From Aquabacterium sp. (GTDB taxonomy: Bacteria; Pseudomonadota; Gammaproteobacteria; Burkholderiales; Burkholderiaceae_C): 64,000 nucleotides of DNA. Both the position numbers and the translations under genes were made by a program. Below, one piece after another: positions 40,938 through 52,711 of the stretch. Within the stretch, counting starts at the first letter, position 1, and each line of letters opens with the position of its first letter. The stretch covers positions 5,831 through 69,830 of the forward strand of contig NZ_JAYSBZ010000003.1 in assembly GCF_041915145.1 (NCBI RefSeq), written 5' to 3'. The notes beneath the pieces were generated by a model. The model was given only the letters and a program-made list of their open reading frames with translations. It made no database searches and was not told where the DNA came from.

Positions 40938-42056
40938 ATGTCCCGCCTGCTCGACCTCTACCGCCGCGGCTTCGCACCGTCACCCGAGGCGCCGGGGGTG
41001 CAAGGCGGGGCGGGTGTCTCACCGTACTGGGCCTTGCCGCAGTGCCCGCCCGAGTTGCGCGCCTTGCGCGAGGCGCTCGACGCCGCGCCGCCCGAGGCCG
41101 AGATACGCCAGCTCTGCGAGGTGCAGGCCGGGCCGCAGCGCTTTCCGGTGGTGTCGGTCGCGCTGGGCAACCCCAGTCCGCAGGTGCCCGCCGTGGGCTT
41201 CTTTGGCGGCGTGCACGGGCTGGAGCGCATCGGCGCCTGCGTGGTCACGGCCTACCTGAGCAGCCTGCTGGCGCGCTTGAGGTGGGACGCCCTGCTGCAC
41301 CGCCAGCTCGAATCGGTGCGCCTGGTCTTCATGCCCATGGTCAACCCCGGCGGGGTCTGGATGGGCACGCGAGCCAACCCCAACGGCGTCGACCTGATGC
41401 GCAACGCGCCGGTCGAGTCGGCCGAGCAGGTGCCGTTCATGTTGGGCGGACAGCGCATCAGCCGCTGGCTGCCGTGGTTTCGCGGCCCCCGTGGCGCGGC
41501 GATGGAGCCGGAGAGCCAGGCGCTGTGCGCGGTGGTGGAGCAAGAACTGCTGAGCCGCGCATTCAGCATCGCCATCGACTGCCACTCCGGCTTCGGCAGC
41601 GCCGATCGGATCTGGTTTCCGCACGCGCACACGCCGCGCCCCATCGAGCACCTGCCCGAACTGGCCGCGCTCACCGAGATCTACGAGCAGGCCCACCCGC
41701 ACCACCGCTACATCATCGAGCCGCAAAGCGGCCACTACCTGACGCACGGTGATCTGTGGGATCACCTCTATCTGCGCGCCTGCGCCCAGCCGGGCCGCAC
41801 GCTGCTGCCGCTCACCCTCGAAATGGGCTCTTGGTTGTGGGTCAAGAAGAACCCGCGACAGCTCCTCTCTCGGCAAGGGCTGTTCAACCCCATCGCCTCG
41901 CACCGCCAGAAGCGCGTACTGCGACGGCATCTGCCGTGGCTCGATTTCATGACGCATGCCGCCAGCAGCCACCAAAGCTGGCGCGTGAGCGGCGCCGGCC
42001 GCGAAGCCTTGCGGCAGCGCGCCCTCGACCGCTGGTACCGCCACCCGCCCACCTGA
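40938..42056 (+). CDS. M14-like zinc carboxypeptidase/DUF2817-family protein
   Basis: It has the motifs GGVHGLERIG (HxxE zinc motif), NPGGVWMGTRANPNGVDLMRN and IDCHSGFG. Confidence 0.6.
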   Translation: MSRLLDLYRRGFAPSPEAPGVQGGAGVSPYWALPQCPPELRALREALDAAPPEAEIRQLCEVQAGPQRFPVVSVALGNPSPQVPAVGFFGGVHGLERIGACVVTAYLSSLLARLRWDALLHRQLESVRLVFMPMVNPGGVWMGTRANPNGVDLMRNAPVESAEQVPFMLGGQRISRWLPWFRGPRGAAMEPESQALCAVVEQELLSRAFSIAIDCHSGFGSADRIWFPHAHTPRPIEHLPELAALTEIYEQAHPHHRYIIEPQSGHYLTHGDLWDHLYLRACAQPGRTLLPLTLEMGSWLWVKKNPRQLLSRQGLFNPIASHRQKRVLRRHLPWLDFMTHAASSHQSWRVSGAGREALRQRALDRWYRHPPT

Positions 42057-42107
42057 TGCCCGGCCGCGGCGCCTCGTAAAATCCGCGCCCCAACTCCCTT
42101 GCCGATC

Positions 42108-43100
42108 ATGTTCAAAAGCGCGCTCATCTACCGCATCGACCAGTGGGACCGCCCCGCTCTCGCCGACATCGAAACCCGCCTCGACGCGGCCCGCTTCACC
42201 GAGTGCGGCGCCACGCAGCCGGAGTCGTCGGGCTGGGTCGAGCCCCGCAATGAAAAGCACGCCGCGCTGGTCGAGAACATCGGCGGCCAGCTCATCTTGA
42301 AGCTCTGCACCGAAACCAAGGCCGTGCCGGGCTCGGTCATCAAGACCCGGCTCGACGAGCGGCTCGACAAGATCGCCGAGGAAACCGGCCGCCGCCCCAA
42401 GGGCAAGGCCGCCAAGGAGCTGAAAGAAGAGATCGTGCACGACCTGCTGCCGCGCGCCTTCCCCAAGCGCTCGACGACGCTGGTCTGGCTCGACCCCGAG
42501 GCGCGCTACGTGGTGATCGGCGCGGGCAGCGCCAAGAAGGCCGATGGCGTCGCCACCCGCCTGATCGAGCTGCTCGGCGGCGGCCTGGCGCTGAGCCTCG
42601 TCAACACCGAGCTCTCGCCCGCCACCGCCATGGCGCACTGGCTGGCCACCAAGGAGGCGCCGTCCGGCTTCAGCGTCGATCGCGAGTGCGAGCTCAAGCA
42701 GCCCGACAGCGAAAAGTCCACCGTGCGCTACGCCCGCCACACCCTCGAGATCGACGAGGTGGGCGAGCACATCAAGCAGGGCAAGCTGCCCACGCAGCTC
42801 GCCCTCACCTGGGCCGGCCGCGTGTCGTTCGTGCTCACCGAGGGTCTGGCGCTCAAGAAGATCAAGCTGCTCGACGTGGTGCTCGAAAGCGCGAGCCAGC
42901 AGTCCACGCAAGACGACAACAACTTCGACACCGACGTGGCCATCACCACCGGCGAACTGCGCCAGCTCATCCCGGATCTGATCGACGCGCTCGGCGGCCT
43001 GCTGGACCGCAACCGGTTGATGGCCCCCACCGTGGCGCCAGCCGAACCCGCCGCCACCGCAGACGCCTCGCTCCCGCCCTGGGAAGCCGAAGCGGCCTGA
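42108..43100 (+). CDS. rdgC: Recombination-associated protein RdgC
   Basis: It reads MFKSALIYRI...LDAARFTECGATQPESSGWVEPR..., the typical RdgC N-terminus. Length is about 330 aa. Confidence 0.88.
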   Translation: MFKSALIYRIDQWDRPALADIETRLDAARFTECGATQPESSGWVEPRNEKHAALVENIGGQLILKLCTETKAVPGSVIKTRLDERLDKIAEETGRRPKGKAAKELKEEIVHDLLPRAFPKRSTTLVWLDPEARYVVIGAGSAKKADGVATRLIELLGGGLALSLVNTELSPATAMAHWLATKEAPSGFSVDRECELKQPDSEKSTVRYARHTLEIDEVGEHIKQGKLPTQLALTWAGRVSFVLTEGLALKKIKLLDVVLESASQQSTQDDNNFDTDVAITTGELRQLIPDLIDALGGLLDRNRLMAPTVAPAEPAATADASLPPWEAEAA

Positions 43101-43185
43101 GCCGTCGTCGTTCAAACTGCACTTGCAACCCAACCCCGCCGTCCGACGACATTTGCCAGAATGACGGCATCGCCCGGCATCGGGC

Positions 43186-45219
43186 ATGCTGCTTCATTCG
43201 CCCATGGCCGACGACGCCCCTGCCCTGCCCCTCACGCCGCCCGATCCGCGCAACGCCGCAGCCCCTCTCGACGCCGCCACCGGCAGTGAATGGCGCAATG
43301 GCGTGAGCGAACGCGTGGCGCGCGCCGGGCTGGCATCCAAGCTGCTGACGGTGGGCTGCGTGTTCCTGCTGCTGGCGCTGGCCGCCATCGGCCTCACGCT
43401 GTGGGTGACGTGGCAGATGGAAGGCGGCGCCGCCGCCGTCAACGAAGCCGGCCGCATGCGCATGCGCAGCTACATGCTGACCCTGACGCTGCAGAGCGCC
43501 CCACAGGACGGGCGACCATCGGCCGAGCAGGTTGATCGACAGTTGAAGTCCTTCGACGAAAGCCTCGAGTTGCTGCGCACCGGCGACCCCGCCCGCCCGC
43601 TCACCGTGCCGTGGGACGCCGACACCACCGCGCGCTTTCGCGCCGTCGCCCAAGACTGGGCGGTGCTGCGCCGCCAGGCTCGCGATATCGCGGCGGGGCA
43701 CGCCGCCCCCCTCGACCTCACCGCGCGGGTGGACGCCTTCGTCGCGCGCATCGACGCCTTCGTGTCGGCCATCGAAAGCCATCTCTCGCGCTTCACCACG
43801 CTGCTGCGCTCGTACCAGCTCGCGATGATGGCGCTGGCCGTGTTGAGCGCCATGGCCTTTCTGTACGTGGGCCACGTGATGGTGCTCGACCCCGTCTCGC
43901 GGCTGCAGCGCGGCCTGCGTCGCGTGGAAGAAGGCGACTTTGGCGCGCGTGTGCAGGTCGAGTCCGGCGACGAGATCGGCATGCTGGCGCGCGGCTTCAA
44001 CCGCATGGCCGAGAAGCTGCAGGCGCTGTATGGCAACCTGGAGTCGAAGGTGCAGCTCAAGACCGCCGACCTCGAAACCCAGCAGCAGCGGCTGAGCGCG
44101 CTGTACGAGGTAGCCGCCTTCGCCGCTCGCGCCGACACGCTCGACGAGCTGGCGCGCGGCTTTGCCCGGCAGATTCGCCGCATTGCCCAGGCCGACTCGG
44201 CGGTCATCCGCTGGTCCGACGAGACCAACGAGCGCTACGTGCTGCTGGCCAGCGACTGCCTGCCCCACGCCATGGCCGAGGAAGAGCAGTGCATTCACAG
44301 CGGCGACTGCCACTGCGGCGCCGTGGTGGGGCCAGTGGACGCATCGCGCCTGCGCGTCATCCCGATCCTCGAAGCCTCGTCGCCGGCGACCCGCGCGGCC
44401 GTGCTCGAACATTGCGTGCGCGAGGGCTACGCCACGCTGGTGTCGGTGCCCGTGAAGCTGCACCAGCGGGTGCTGGGCGAAGTCGACCTGTTCTACCGCG
44501 GCAGGCCCGAACTCAGCGAAGACGAACGCGGGCTGTTCGAGGCCCTGGCCAGCCACCTCGCCGGCGCCATGGAAAGCCTGCGCGCCGCGGCGCTCGACCG
44601 CGAAGCCGCCGTGGCGGCCGAGCGGCAGCTGCTGGCGCAGGAGCTGCACGACTCGATCGCCCAATCGCTGGCCTTCCTGAAGATTCAGATGCAGTTGCTG
44701 CGCGACGCCATGGCCAGGCAGAGCCCACAAGCCGTCGCGACCGCCATGGACGAGCTCGATACCGGCCTGCGCGAGAGCTACAGCGACGTGCGCGAATTGC
44801 TGCTGCACTTCAGGGTGCGTACCTGCGCCGAGGACATGGAGCCCGCCTTGCGCGAAACGCTGTCGAAGTTCGAGCTCCAGACCGACGTGTCGGCGCAGCT
44901 CGACTTCAACGGCCAAGGCCTGCCACTGCCGGCCGACGTGCAGATCCAGGTGCTGCACATCGTGCAAGAGGCGCTGTCCAACGTGCGCAAGCACGCCCAC
45001 GCACGCCACGTCTGGGTCGAGGTGCAGACCCAGCCCGAATGGCGGGTCGTGGTGCGCGACGACGGCCGCGGTTTCGATACGCAAGACGACCAGCTCGACG
45101 ACACCCACGTCGGCCTGAGCATCATGCAGGAACGGGCCGCCCGCATCGGCGCCACCGTGAGCGTGCACTCGTCGCCAGAAGGCACCACGGTCGAGCTGCG
45201 CCTGCCGCGTCCGCACTGA
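43186..45219 (+). CDS. narX: Nitrate/nitrite sensor histidine kinase NarX-like
   Basis: It has a TM segment, a P-box-like NEAGRMRMRSYML, a second TM, HAMP, a GAF-like region, a HisKA_3 H-box (LAQELHDSIAQSL) and an ATPase domain (N box EALSNVRKHA; DDGRGF). Confidence 0.88.
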   Translation: MLLHSPMADDAPALPLTPPDPRNAAAPLDAATGSEWRNGVSERVARAGLASKLLTVGCVFLLLALAAIGLTLWVTWQMEGGAAAVNEAGRMRMRSYMLTLTLQSAPQDGRPSAEQVDRQLKSFDESLELLRTGDPARPLTVPWDADTTARFRAVAQDWAVLRRQARDIAAGHAAPLDLTARVDAFVARIDAFVSAIESHLSRFTTLLRSYQLAMMALAVLSAMAFLYVGHVMVLDPVSRLQRGLRRVEEGDFGARVQVESGDEIGMLARGFNRMAEKLQALYGNLESKVQLKTADLETQQQRLSALYEVAAFAARADTLDELARGFARQIRRIAQADSAVIRWSDETNERYVLLASDCLPHAMAEEEQCIHSGDCHCGAVVGPVDASRLRVIPILEASSPATRAAVLEHCVREGYATLVSVPVKLHQRVLGEVDLFYRGRPELSEDERGLFEALASHLAGAMESLRAAALDREAAVAAERQLLAQELHDSIAQSLAFLKIQMQLLRDAMARQSPQAVATAMDELDTGLRESYSDVRELLLHFRVRTCAEDMEPALRETLSKFELQTDVSAQLDFNGQGLPLPADVQIQVLHIVQEALSNVRKHAHARHVWVEVQTQPEWRVVVRDDGRGFDTQDDQLDDTHVGLSIMQERAARIGATVSVHSSPEGTTVELRLPRPH

Positions 45220-45283
45220 GCTGCGCGACGGGTCGCCGAGCCGAGACAACCGGCCCCAAAGACCCCAAAAGATTCCAGGCAAA

Positions 45284-45297
45284 TTGCGGCAACTCAA
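45284..45297. promoter_or_regulatory. FNR/Dnr-type box candidate upstream of norC
   Basis: TTGCGGCAACTCAA fits TTG-N8-CAA, matching 7 of the 10 defined half-site positions in TTGAT-N4-ATCAA. It lies about 136 nt upstream of the norC ATG. Confidence 0.5.
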
Positions 45298-45432
45298 ATT
45301 TGTGCACTGCGTCAGCCCATCCTTAAACCGCTTCAAGGATTAGGACTTTTTACCCTCGGACACTCGCGCCAGCTCATTTTGGGAAGCATCTGCGGGTAGC
45401 GGGTGCGGTGAGCATGACCTGAGGAGGTTTTC

Positions 45433-47341
<1,909 letters not shown>

Positions 47342-47410
47342 AGCCGGTGACGTCAATCTGACCGACACCCTTCAATAACAGAAGCGGCTCGCCCCACGCG
47401 GGCCCTTGCA

Positions 47411-47458
47411 CCCAGCGAATCGGCTCGCTCGCAGCGGCCGCTTCGGCTGGGTTTTTTT
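47411..47458 (+). terminator. Intrinsic terminator between norB and norQ
   Basis: CCCAGCGAATCGGC (47411..47424) pairs with GCCGCTTCGGCTGGG (47437..47451), with one bulge and one mismatch and a 12-nt loop, followed by T7 (47452..47458). Confidence 0.8.
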
Positions 47459-47558
47459 ATCCCCCGAACCACATCGAGGTTTCACCGGATTCCGATGGCA
47501 TGATGGGCCTCGATTCGGTCGAATTTTTGATGTGCGATCAATCTGTTCGGAGCCCATC

Positions 47559-48398
47559 TTGACGGACCTGAAGACCCTCGCGCAGCCCGACGAGCGCGGC
47601 GCCGCCTCCACCGACATCCCCTTCTATGCCCCGCAGGCTCACGAGTGCGAGCTGTTCGAGCGCGCGTGGTCGCACCAGTTGCCGCTGCTCATCAAGGGCC
47701 CCACCGGCTGCGGCAAGACGCGCTTCGTCGAGCACATGGCGGCCAAGCTCGGCCGCCCGCTGTTCACCGTGTCGTGCCACGACGACCTGAGCGCCGCCGA
47801 CCTCGTCGGCCGCCACCTCATTGGTGACGGCAACACCGTCTGGTGCGACGGCCCGCTGACCCGCGCGGTGCGCGCCGGCGGCATCTGCTACCTCGACGAG
47901 GTGGTCGAGGCGCGCAAGGACACCACCGTGGTCGTGCACCCGCTGGCCGACGATCGCCGCGTGCTGCCCATCGAGCGCACCGGCGAGCTGCTGCAGGCGC
48001 CGCCCGAGTTCATGCTGGTGGTGAGCTTCAACCCCGGCTACCAGAACCTGCTCAAGAGCCTCAAGCCCAGCACGCGCCAACGCTTCGTGGCCCTCACGTT
48101 CGACTACCCCGAGCCAGCCGTCGAGCAAGCCGTGGTGCAACGCGAGGCGGGCGTGTCGTCGGACGTCGCAAAGACCATGGTGAAGCTCGGCCAGGCCCTG
48201 CGCCGCCTGAAGAACCAGGATCTCGAAGAAAGCGTCAGCACGCGGCTGCTGGTGTACGCCGCCAAGCTGATCCATGCCGGTTTCACGCCGGCCCAGGCCT
48301 GTCGCGCCGCCATCGTCGAAGCCCTGACCGACGACCGCGAAACAGCCGACGCGCTGTTCGAGGTCGTGCTCGCCGTGTGGGGCGAGAGCGAACGGTAA
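47559..48398 (+). CDS. norQ: NorQ/NirQ/CbbQ-type MoxR AAA ATPase
   Basis: It has Walker A (LLIKGPTGCGKTRF) and Walker B (ICYLDEVVEA). I chose the TTG start at 47559 with GGAG 6 nt upstream, because the longer ORF-track start (47406) would run through the terminator hairpin. Confidence 0.88.
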   Translation: MTDLKTLAQPDERGAASTDIPFYAPQAHECELFERAWSHQLPLLIKGPTGCGKTRFVEHMAAKLGRPLFTVSCHDDLSAADLVGRHLIGDGNTVWCDGPLTRAVRAGGICYLDEVVEARKDTTVVVHPLADDRRVLPIERTGELLQAPPEFMLVVSFNPGYQNLLKSLKPSTRQRFVALTFDYPEPAVEQAVVQREAGVSSDVAKTMVKLGQALRRLKNQDLEESVSTRLLVYAAKLIHAGFTPAQACRAAIVEALTDDRETADALFEVVLAVWGESER

Positions 48399-48428
48399 GC
48401 CGGCGAGAGCACGACACGCGAGCACCCC

Positions 48429-50279
48429 ATGGAAGAACTCGTCGGCCGCGTCTGGCACAAATTGATCACCCGCGTATCGGGCAGCGAGTTCGACGCCGCG
48501 CGCGTTTCGCTCGACGAGATGCGCCGCCCCATCGAAATGATGTTCCGCGCCGGCGGCGGCTCGCCGCTGCTGCGCCTGCGCGAAGCCGCCAACCAGAATC
48601 GCGGCGGCCCACGTGGCTGGCTGCAACGAATTGCCGGCTCCGGCACCGAAGCCGCGCTACCCCAGCTCGACGCCGACAGCCTCGCCCTGCCCGCGTCGCT
48701 GGCGGTGTTCGACACCCGCGAGCTCAACCGGGCGCTCTACTTGTGGCTGGCCGCGCTGGCCGCTTTTCATGACACGGCCGAGGGCTGGCTGGCCGACAAC
48801 ATCCGGGCCACGCGCGACGCGCTTGCCGCCTTCCCCGGCTTGCGGTCGCGCTACCGGCGCCTGTGCGCGGCTCACGTGGCCCAGCGTCCCGACCCCGGCG
48901 CCCTGACCGGCCCCGCCGCGCGCGCCGAGCAAACGGTGCGCGCAGCCTTGAGCGAGCCGGACAACGACGCCTGGATAGACCCGGACGCGGCGCTGCAGCT
49001 GGCCGACGTCGCCCCGGTGTGGCTGTGGCTGAGCCCCAGCGCTGCCGAGCGCACCAGCGCGCAGGCCCGCTCGTCGAGCGACGCGCAAGCCGCCGCGCCC
49101 GACACGAACCAGTCTCAAAAGGACAACAAGCGCCGCCACGCCACCGAGACAGACGACCTGCAAAATCGCGCGCCCTTGGTAATGTTTTTCAAGGCCGAGT
49201 CGATTCTGTCGTGGAGCGAATACGTGCGCGTCAACCGCGACACCGACGACGACGACGATGGCATGGCGTTGACCGCCGCCAACGACATGCAGACGCTGGC
49301 CATTGCGCCCGACGGCCGAACCAGCGCGGCACGCGTCAAGTTCGACCTCGACCTGCCCTCGGCGGCGCAAGACGACATCCCGGTGGTCACGGGCATCCGC
49401 CTGCCCGAATGGAACTGGAAGAAGCAGACGCTGGAGCCCGACCGTTGCAGCGCGCAGTTGCAAGTGGTGCGCAGCGCCGCGCCCTACGTCGCCGCCCCCG
49501 AATTGCGCGCCACGGCCCGGCGCGTGCGGCGTCAGCTCGAAGCGCTGCGAGCCTTGCCCCGCCGCAGTCACGGCGAAACCAGCGGTGACGAGCTCGACCT
49601 GGATGCCTGGGTGCGCCACATCACCAGCGAGCGGGCCGCGCCGCATCGCAACACCGAGGCGCCGGTCTTCAGCCGCCTGCACGACACCGAGCGCAGCCTC
49701 GCCTGCCTGCTGCTGGCCGACCTGTCGCTGTCCACCGCCTCGTGGGCCAACAACGACGCGCAGATCATCGACGTGATCCGCGACGCGCTCTACGTGTTCG
49801 GCGAAGCCCTCACCGGCCTGGGCGACCCTTTCGCCATGCTGGGCTTCAGTTCGGTCAAGCGACACAACATCCGCATGCAGTTGCTCAAGGGCTTCAACGA
49901 GCCCTGGAACGATTCCGTGCGTTCGCGCGTGGGTGCCATCAAACCGGGCTACTACACCCGCATGGGCGCGGCGCTGCGTTTCGCCACGATGGAAATGAAG
50001 TTGCGCCCCGAGCGACAGCGCCTCGTGCTGCTGCTCACCGATGGCAAGCCCAACGATCTCGACGTCTACGAAGGCCGCTGGGGCCTTGAAGACACCCGCG
50101 CCGCCGTCATCGAAGCCCGCGCCGCCGGCCTGCTGCCCTATTGCGTCACCATCGACCGCGAGGGGCACGACTACCTGCCGCACCTGTTCGGCCCGAAGGG
50201 CTACGCGATCGTGCACCACCCGGCCGATCTGGTGTCGAAGCTGAGCACCGTCTACGTCAATCTGGCCACATCCAAATAG
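48429..50279 (+). CDS. norD: NorD (von Willebrand factor A domain protein for NOR activation)
   Basis: It has a C-terminal VWA domain with a MIDAS-like motif (LLLADLSLSTAS...LLLTDGKPND) and follows norQ. Confidence 0.88.
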   Translation: MEELVGRVWHKLITRVSGSEFDAARVSLDEMRRPIEMMFRAGGGSPLLRLREAANQNRGGPRGWLQRIAGSGTEAALPQLDADSLALPASLAVFDTRELNRALYLWLAALAAFHDTAEGWLADNIRATRDALAAFPGLRSRYRRLCAAHVAQRPDPGALTGPAARAEQTVRAALSEPDNDAWIDPDAALQLADVAPVWLWLSPSAAERTSAQARSSSDAQAAAPDTNQSQKDNKRRHATETDDLQNRAPLVMFFKAESILSWSEYVRVNRDTDDDDDGMALTAANDMQTLAIAPDGRTSAARVKFDLDLPSAAQDDIPVVTGIRLPEWNWKKQTLEPDRCSAQLQVVRSAAPYVAAPELRATARRVRRQLEALRALPRRSHGETSGDELDLDAWVRHITSERAAPHRNTEAPVFSRLHDTERSLACLLLADLSLSTASWANNDAQIIDVIRDALYVFGEALTGLGDPFAMLGFSSVKRHNIRMQLLKGFNEPWNDSVRSRVGAIKPGYYTRMGAALRFATMEMKLRPERQRLVLLLTDGKPNDLDVYEGRWGLEDTRAAVIEARAAGLLPYCVTIDREGHDYLPHLFGPKGYAIVHHPADLVSKLSTVYVNLATSK

Positions 50280-50397
50280 CGTTGCGTGCGCGCACCATCT
50301 GGGTTCAGGCCGATTGTCCAAGGCGATACGTCGGCCATTCAACAAAATTGGCCCACACCGCTATTTAGACCGAAACTCTTGCGACACCCCCTAATCC

Positions 50398-50411
50398 TTG
50401 ATATCAATCAA
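50398..50411. promoter_or_regulatory. Perfect FNR/ANR-type box TTGAT-ATCA-ATCAA upstream of the dnr-like gene
   Basis: TTGATATCAATCAA is read directly from the sequence. Its centre lies about 127 nt upstream of ATG 50532. Confidence 0.75.
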
Positions 50412-50531
50412 GTCTGATGTGGCGGCGCTTTTAAAATGCACCCGCGAGCGCGGACCCGGTATCCGCGCGAGCCCGCCCCCCGCCCTGACGCCTGCCGGGG
50501 GCTGCGCGCATCGTTTTGCTGTGAGGATGAC

Positions 50532-51269
50532 ATGAACTTCTTTTCCACCTTCAAGGTGTCGCCGTACCTGGCGCAACTGCCGCTCTTCAACGAGATGCAG
50601 GACGCCGAGTTGGAGCGCCTGGCAGAAGGTTGCATCGTGCGGCGCGCAGCGCGCGGTGAAATGCTGTTTCGCGTGGGCGAGCCTTGCGACGAGTTCCATG
50701 TCGTGATTTCGGGGCAGGTCAAGTTGTTCGCCCTGGCACCCAACGGGCAAGAAAAGGTGATCGAGCTCATCAGCCCGGGGCAGCCATTTGCCGAAGCGCT
50801 AATGTTCATCGGCCGCCCCTACATCGTGAATGCCCAGGCGCTGGTCGAATCGCTCATCCTGACCGTCAAGAAGCAGGCCGTGCTGCGCGAAATCGAAAAC
50901 GACCACCGCTTTGCGCTGCGCATGCTGGCGGGCATTTCCAAGCGCATGCACGGCTTGATTCACGATGTGGAGTCGTACTCGCTGCGCTCGGGCACGCAGC
51001 GCGTGATCGGCTACCTGCTGCACGAAGACACGCCTGAACTCAATGCCGCCGCCAGCGCCGATGCCGCTGAAGCCTCGCAACCCGTTGAACGCACCGTCAC
51101 CCTGCCCGTGAGCAAGGCGACGCTGGCCTCACGCCTGTCGCTCACGCCCGAATACTTCTCGCGCGTGCTGCACGAGTTGATCAACGAAGGGCTGATCGAG
51201 GTCGACAAGCGCCACATCCGCATCCTCGACACGCAGCGCCTGGCCGCCTACCAGATGAACGCCGCCTGA
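50532..51269 (+). CDS. dnr: Crp/Fnr-family regulator, Dnr/NnrR-type (no N-terminal Cys cluster)
   Basis: It has a cNMP-binding-like domain (LPLFNEMQDAELERL...FRVGEPCDEFHVVISGQVKL) and a C-terminal HTH (KATLASRLSLTPEYFSRVLHEL). I see no FNR-type Cys-rich N-terminus. Confidence 0.82.
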   Translation: MNFFSTFKVSPYLAQLPLFNEMQDAELERLAEGCIVRRAARGEMLFRVGEPCDEFHVVISGQVKLFALAPNGQEKVIELISPGQPFAEALMFIGRPYIVNAQALVESLILTVKKQAVLREIENDHRFALRMLAGISKRMHGLIHDVESYSLRSGTQRVIGYLLHEDTPELNAAASADAAEASQPVERTVTLPVSKATLASRLSLTPEYFSRVLHELINEGLIEVDKRHIRILDTQRLAAYQMNAA

Positions 51270-51279
51270 TCGGCGCGCG

Positions 51280-52659
51280 TCAACCGACCCAGGTTCGGGC
51301 GGCCAGTCCCAGCAGGGCACAGGCCGCGATCACGTGGATCACATTGCGCTTGTAGCGAAACAGCGCCACCGCCGCGCCCAGCGCGATCAAGGCCGACACG
51401 CCATCGAACGCTCCGGCAAAACCGCGCTGCCACAGCACGTGGTAGCCGAAGAACAAGGCCAGGTTCAGGATCACGCCCACCACCGCCGCCGTGATGGCGG
51501 TGAGCGGCGCGGTGAACTGGATGTCGTTGTGCGTGCGCTCAACCAGCGGGCCGCCAGCCAAGATGAACACGAATGACGGCAAGAAGGTGAACCAGGTGAC
51601 CAGGCTCGCCGCCACCGCGCCCGCCAAGAACATCGCGTCCGGCCCGAACACGGCCTTCACGTAGCCGCCGACAAACCCCACGAAGGCCACCACCATGATG
51701 AGCGGCCCCGGCGTGGTCTCGCCCAACGCCAGGCCGTCGATCATCTGCGTGGGGGTCAACCAGCCGTAGTGCGCCACCGCGCCCTGGTAGACGTAGGGCA
51801 GCACGGCGTAGGCCCCACCGAAGGTGAGCAACGCGGCCTTGGTGAAGAACCAGCCCATCTGCGTGAAGGCGTGGCCCCAACCGCAAAGCGCCACCAGCAA
51901 GCCCATGGGCACGGCCCACAGCAACGCCCCAGCCACCAGGACCCGCACCAGCCGCATCCAGCTGAATGTGGCGTGCCCGGGCGTCGGGGTGGTGTCGTCG
52001 ATCAGCGCCGGGCCATACGACTGCTTGGCGGCGCCATGCCCCCCGCCCACCGCAAACACCTGCGGCACCACGCGCCCGCCGAAGTAGCCGACCAGCGCCG
52101 CCACCGCCACGATCAGCGGAAAGGGCACGTTCAACGCGAAGATCGCCACGAACGACGCCGCCGCGATCGCCCACAGCGCCGAGTGCTTGAGCGCCCGCGA
52201 CCCGATGCGATGCGCGGCCTGCACCACGATGGCCGTCACCGCCGGCTTGATGCCGTAGAACAGGCCTGCCACCACCGGCACCGTGCCGAACGCGATGTAG
52301 ACCCACGACAGCGCGATCAAGATGAGCAGCGACGGCAGCACGAACAAGCCGCCCGCCACGATGCCGCCCCAGGTACGGTGCATCAGCCAGCCGATGTAGG
52401 TGGCCAGCTGCTGCGCCTCTGGGCCGGGCAGCACCATGCAGTAGTTGAGCGCATGCAGAAAGCGCTTTTCAGAGATCCAGCGCCGGCGCTCCACCAGCTC
52501 GCTGTGCATGATGGCGATCTGCCCGGCCGGGCCGCCAAAGCTGATGAATCCCAGCTTGAGCCAGAAGGCAAAGGCCTGCCAGAAGGTGACCGGCTCAGGG
52601 GCGGACGAGGCCGGCGCGGCTGGCGAAGACGATGCGGGTGAGTTCACGGGGCGCTCCAA
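51280..52659 (-). CDS. chrA: Chromate transporter (CHR family)
   Basis: It has duplicated CHR motifs: ISFGGPAGQIAIMH...MVLPGPEAQQLATYIGW, and a second half with LTFGGAYAVLPYV...GETTPGPLIMV. Confidence 0.88.
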   Translation of the reverse strand: MERPVNSPASSSPAAPASSAPEPVTFWQAFAFWLKLGFISFGGPAGQIAIMHSELVERRRWISEKRFLHALNYCMVLPGPEAQQLATYIGWLMHRTWGGIVAGGLFVLPSLLILIALSWVYIAFGTVPVVAGLFYGIKPAVTAIVVQAAHRIGSRALKHSALWAIAAASFVAIFALNVPFPLIVAVAALVGYFGGRVVPQVFAVGGGHGAAKQSYGPALIDDTTPTPGHATFSWMRLVRVLVAGALLWAVPMGLLVALCGWGHAFTQMGWFFTKAALLTFGGAYAVLPYVYQGAVAHYGWLTPTQMIDGLALGETTPGPLIMVVAFVGFVGGYVKAVFGPDAMFLAGAVAASLVTWFTFLPSFVFILAGGPLVERTHNDIQFTAPLTAITAAVVGVILNLALFFGYHVLWQRGFAGAFDGVSALIALGAAVALFRYKRNVIHVIAACALLGLAARTWVG

Positions 52660-52711
52660 TTGAGCGCCGCAGTCTACGGCTCACCGCCGTTTGCTGCTGC
52701 CAGCCCCCCGC

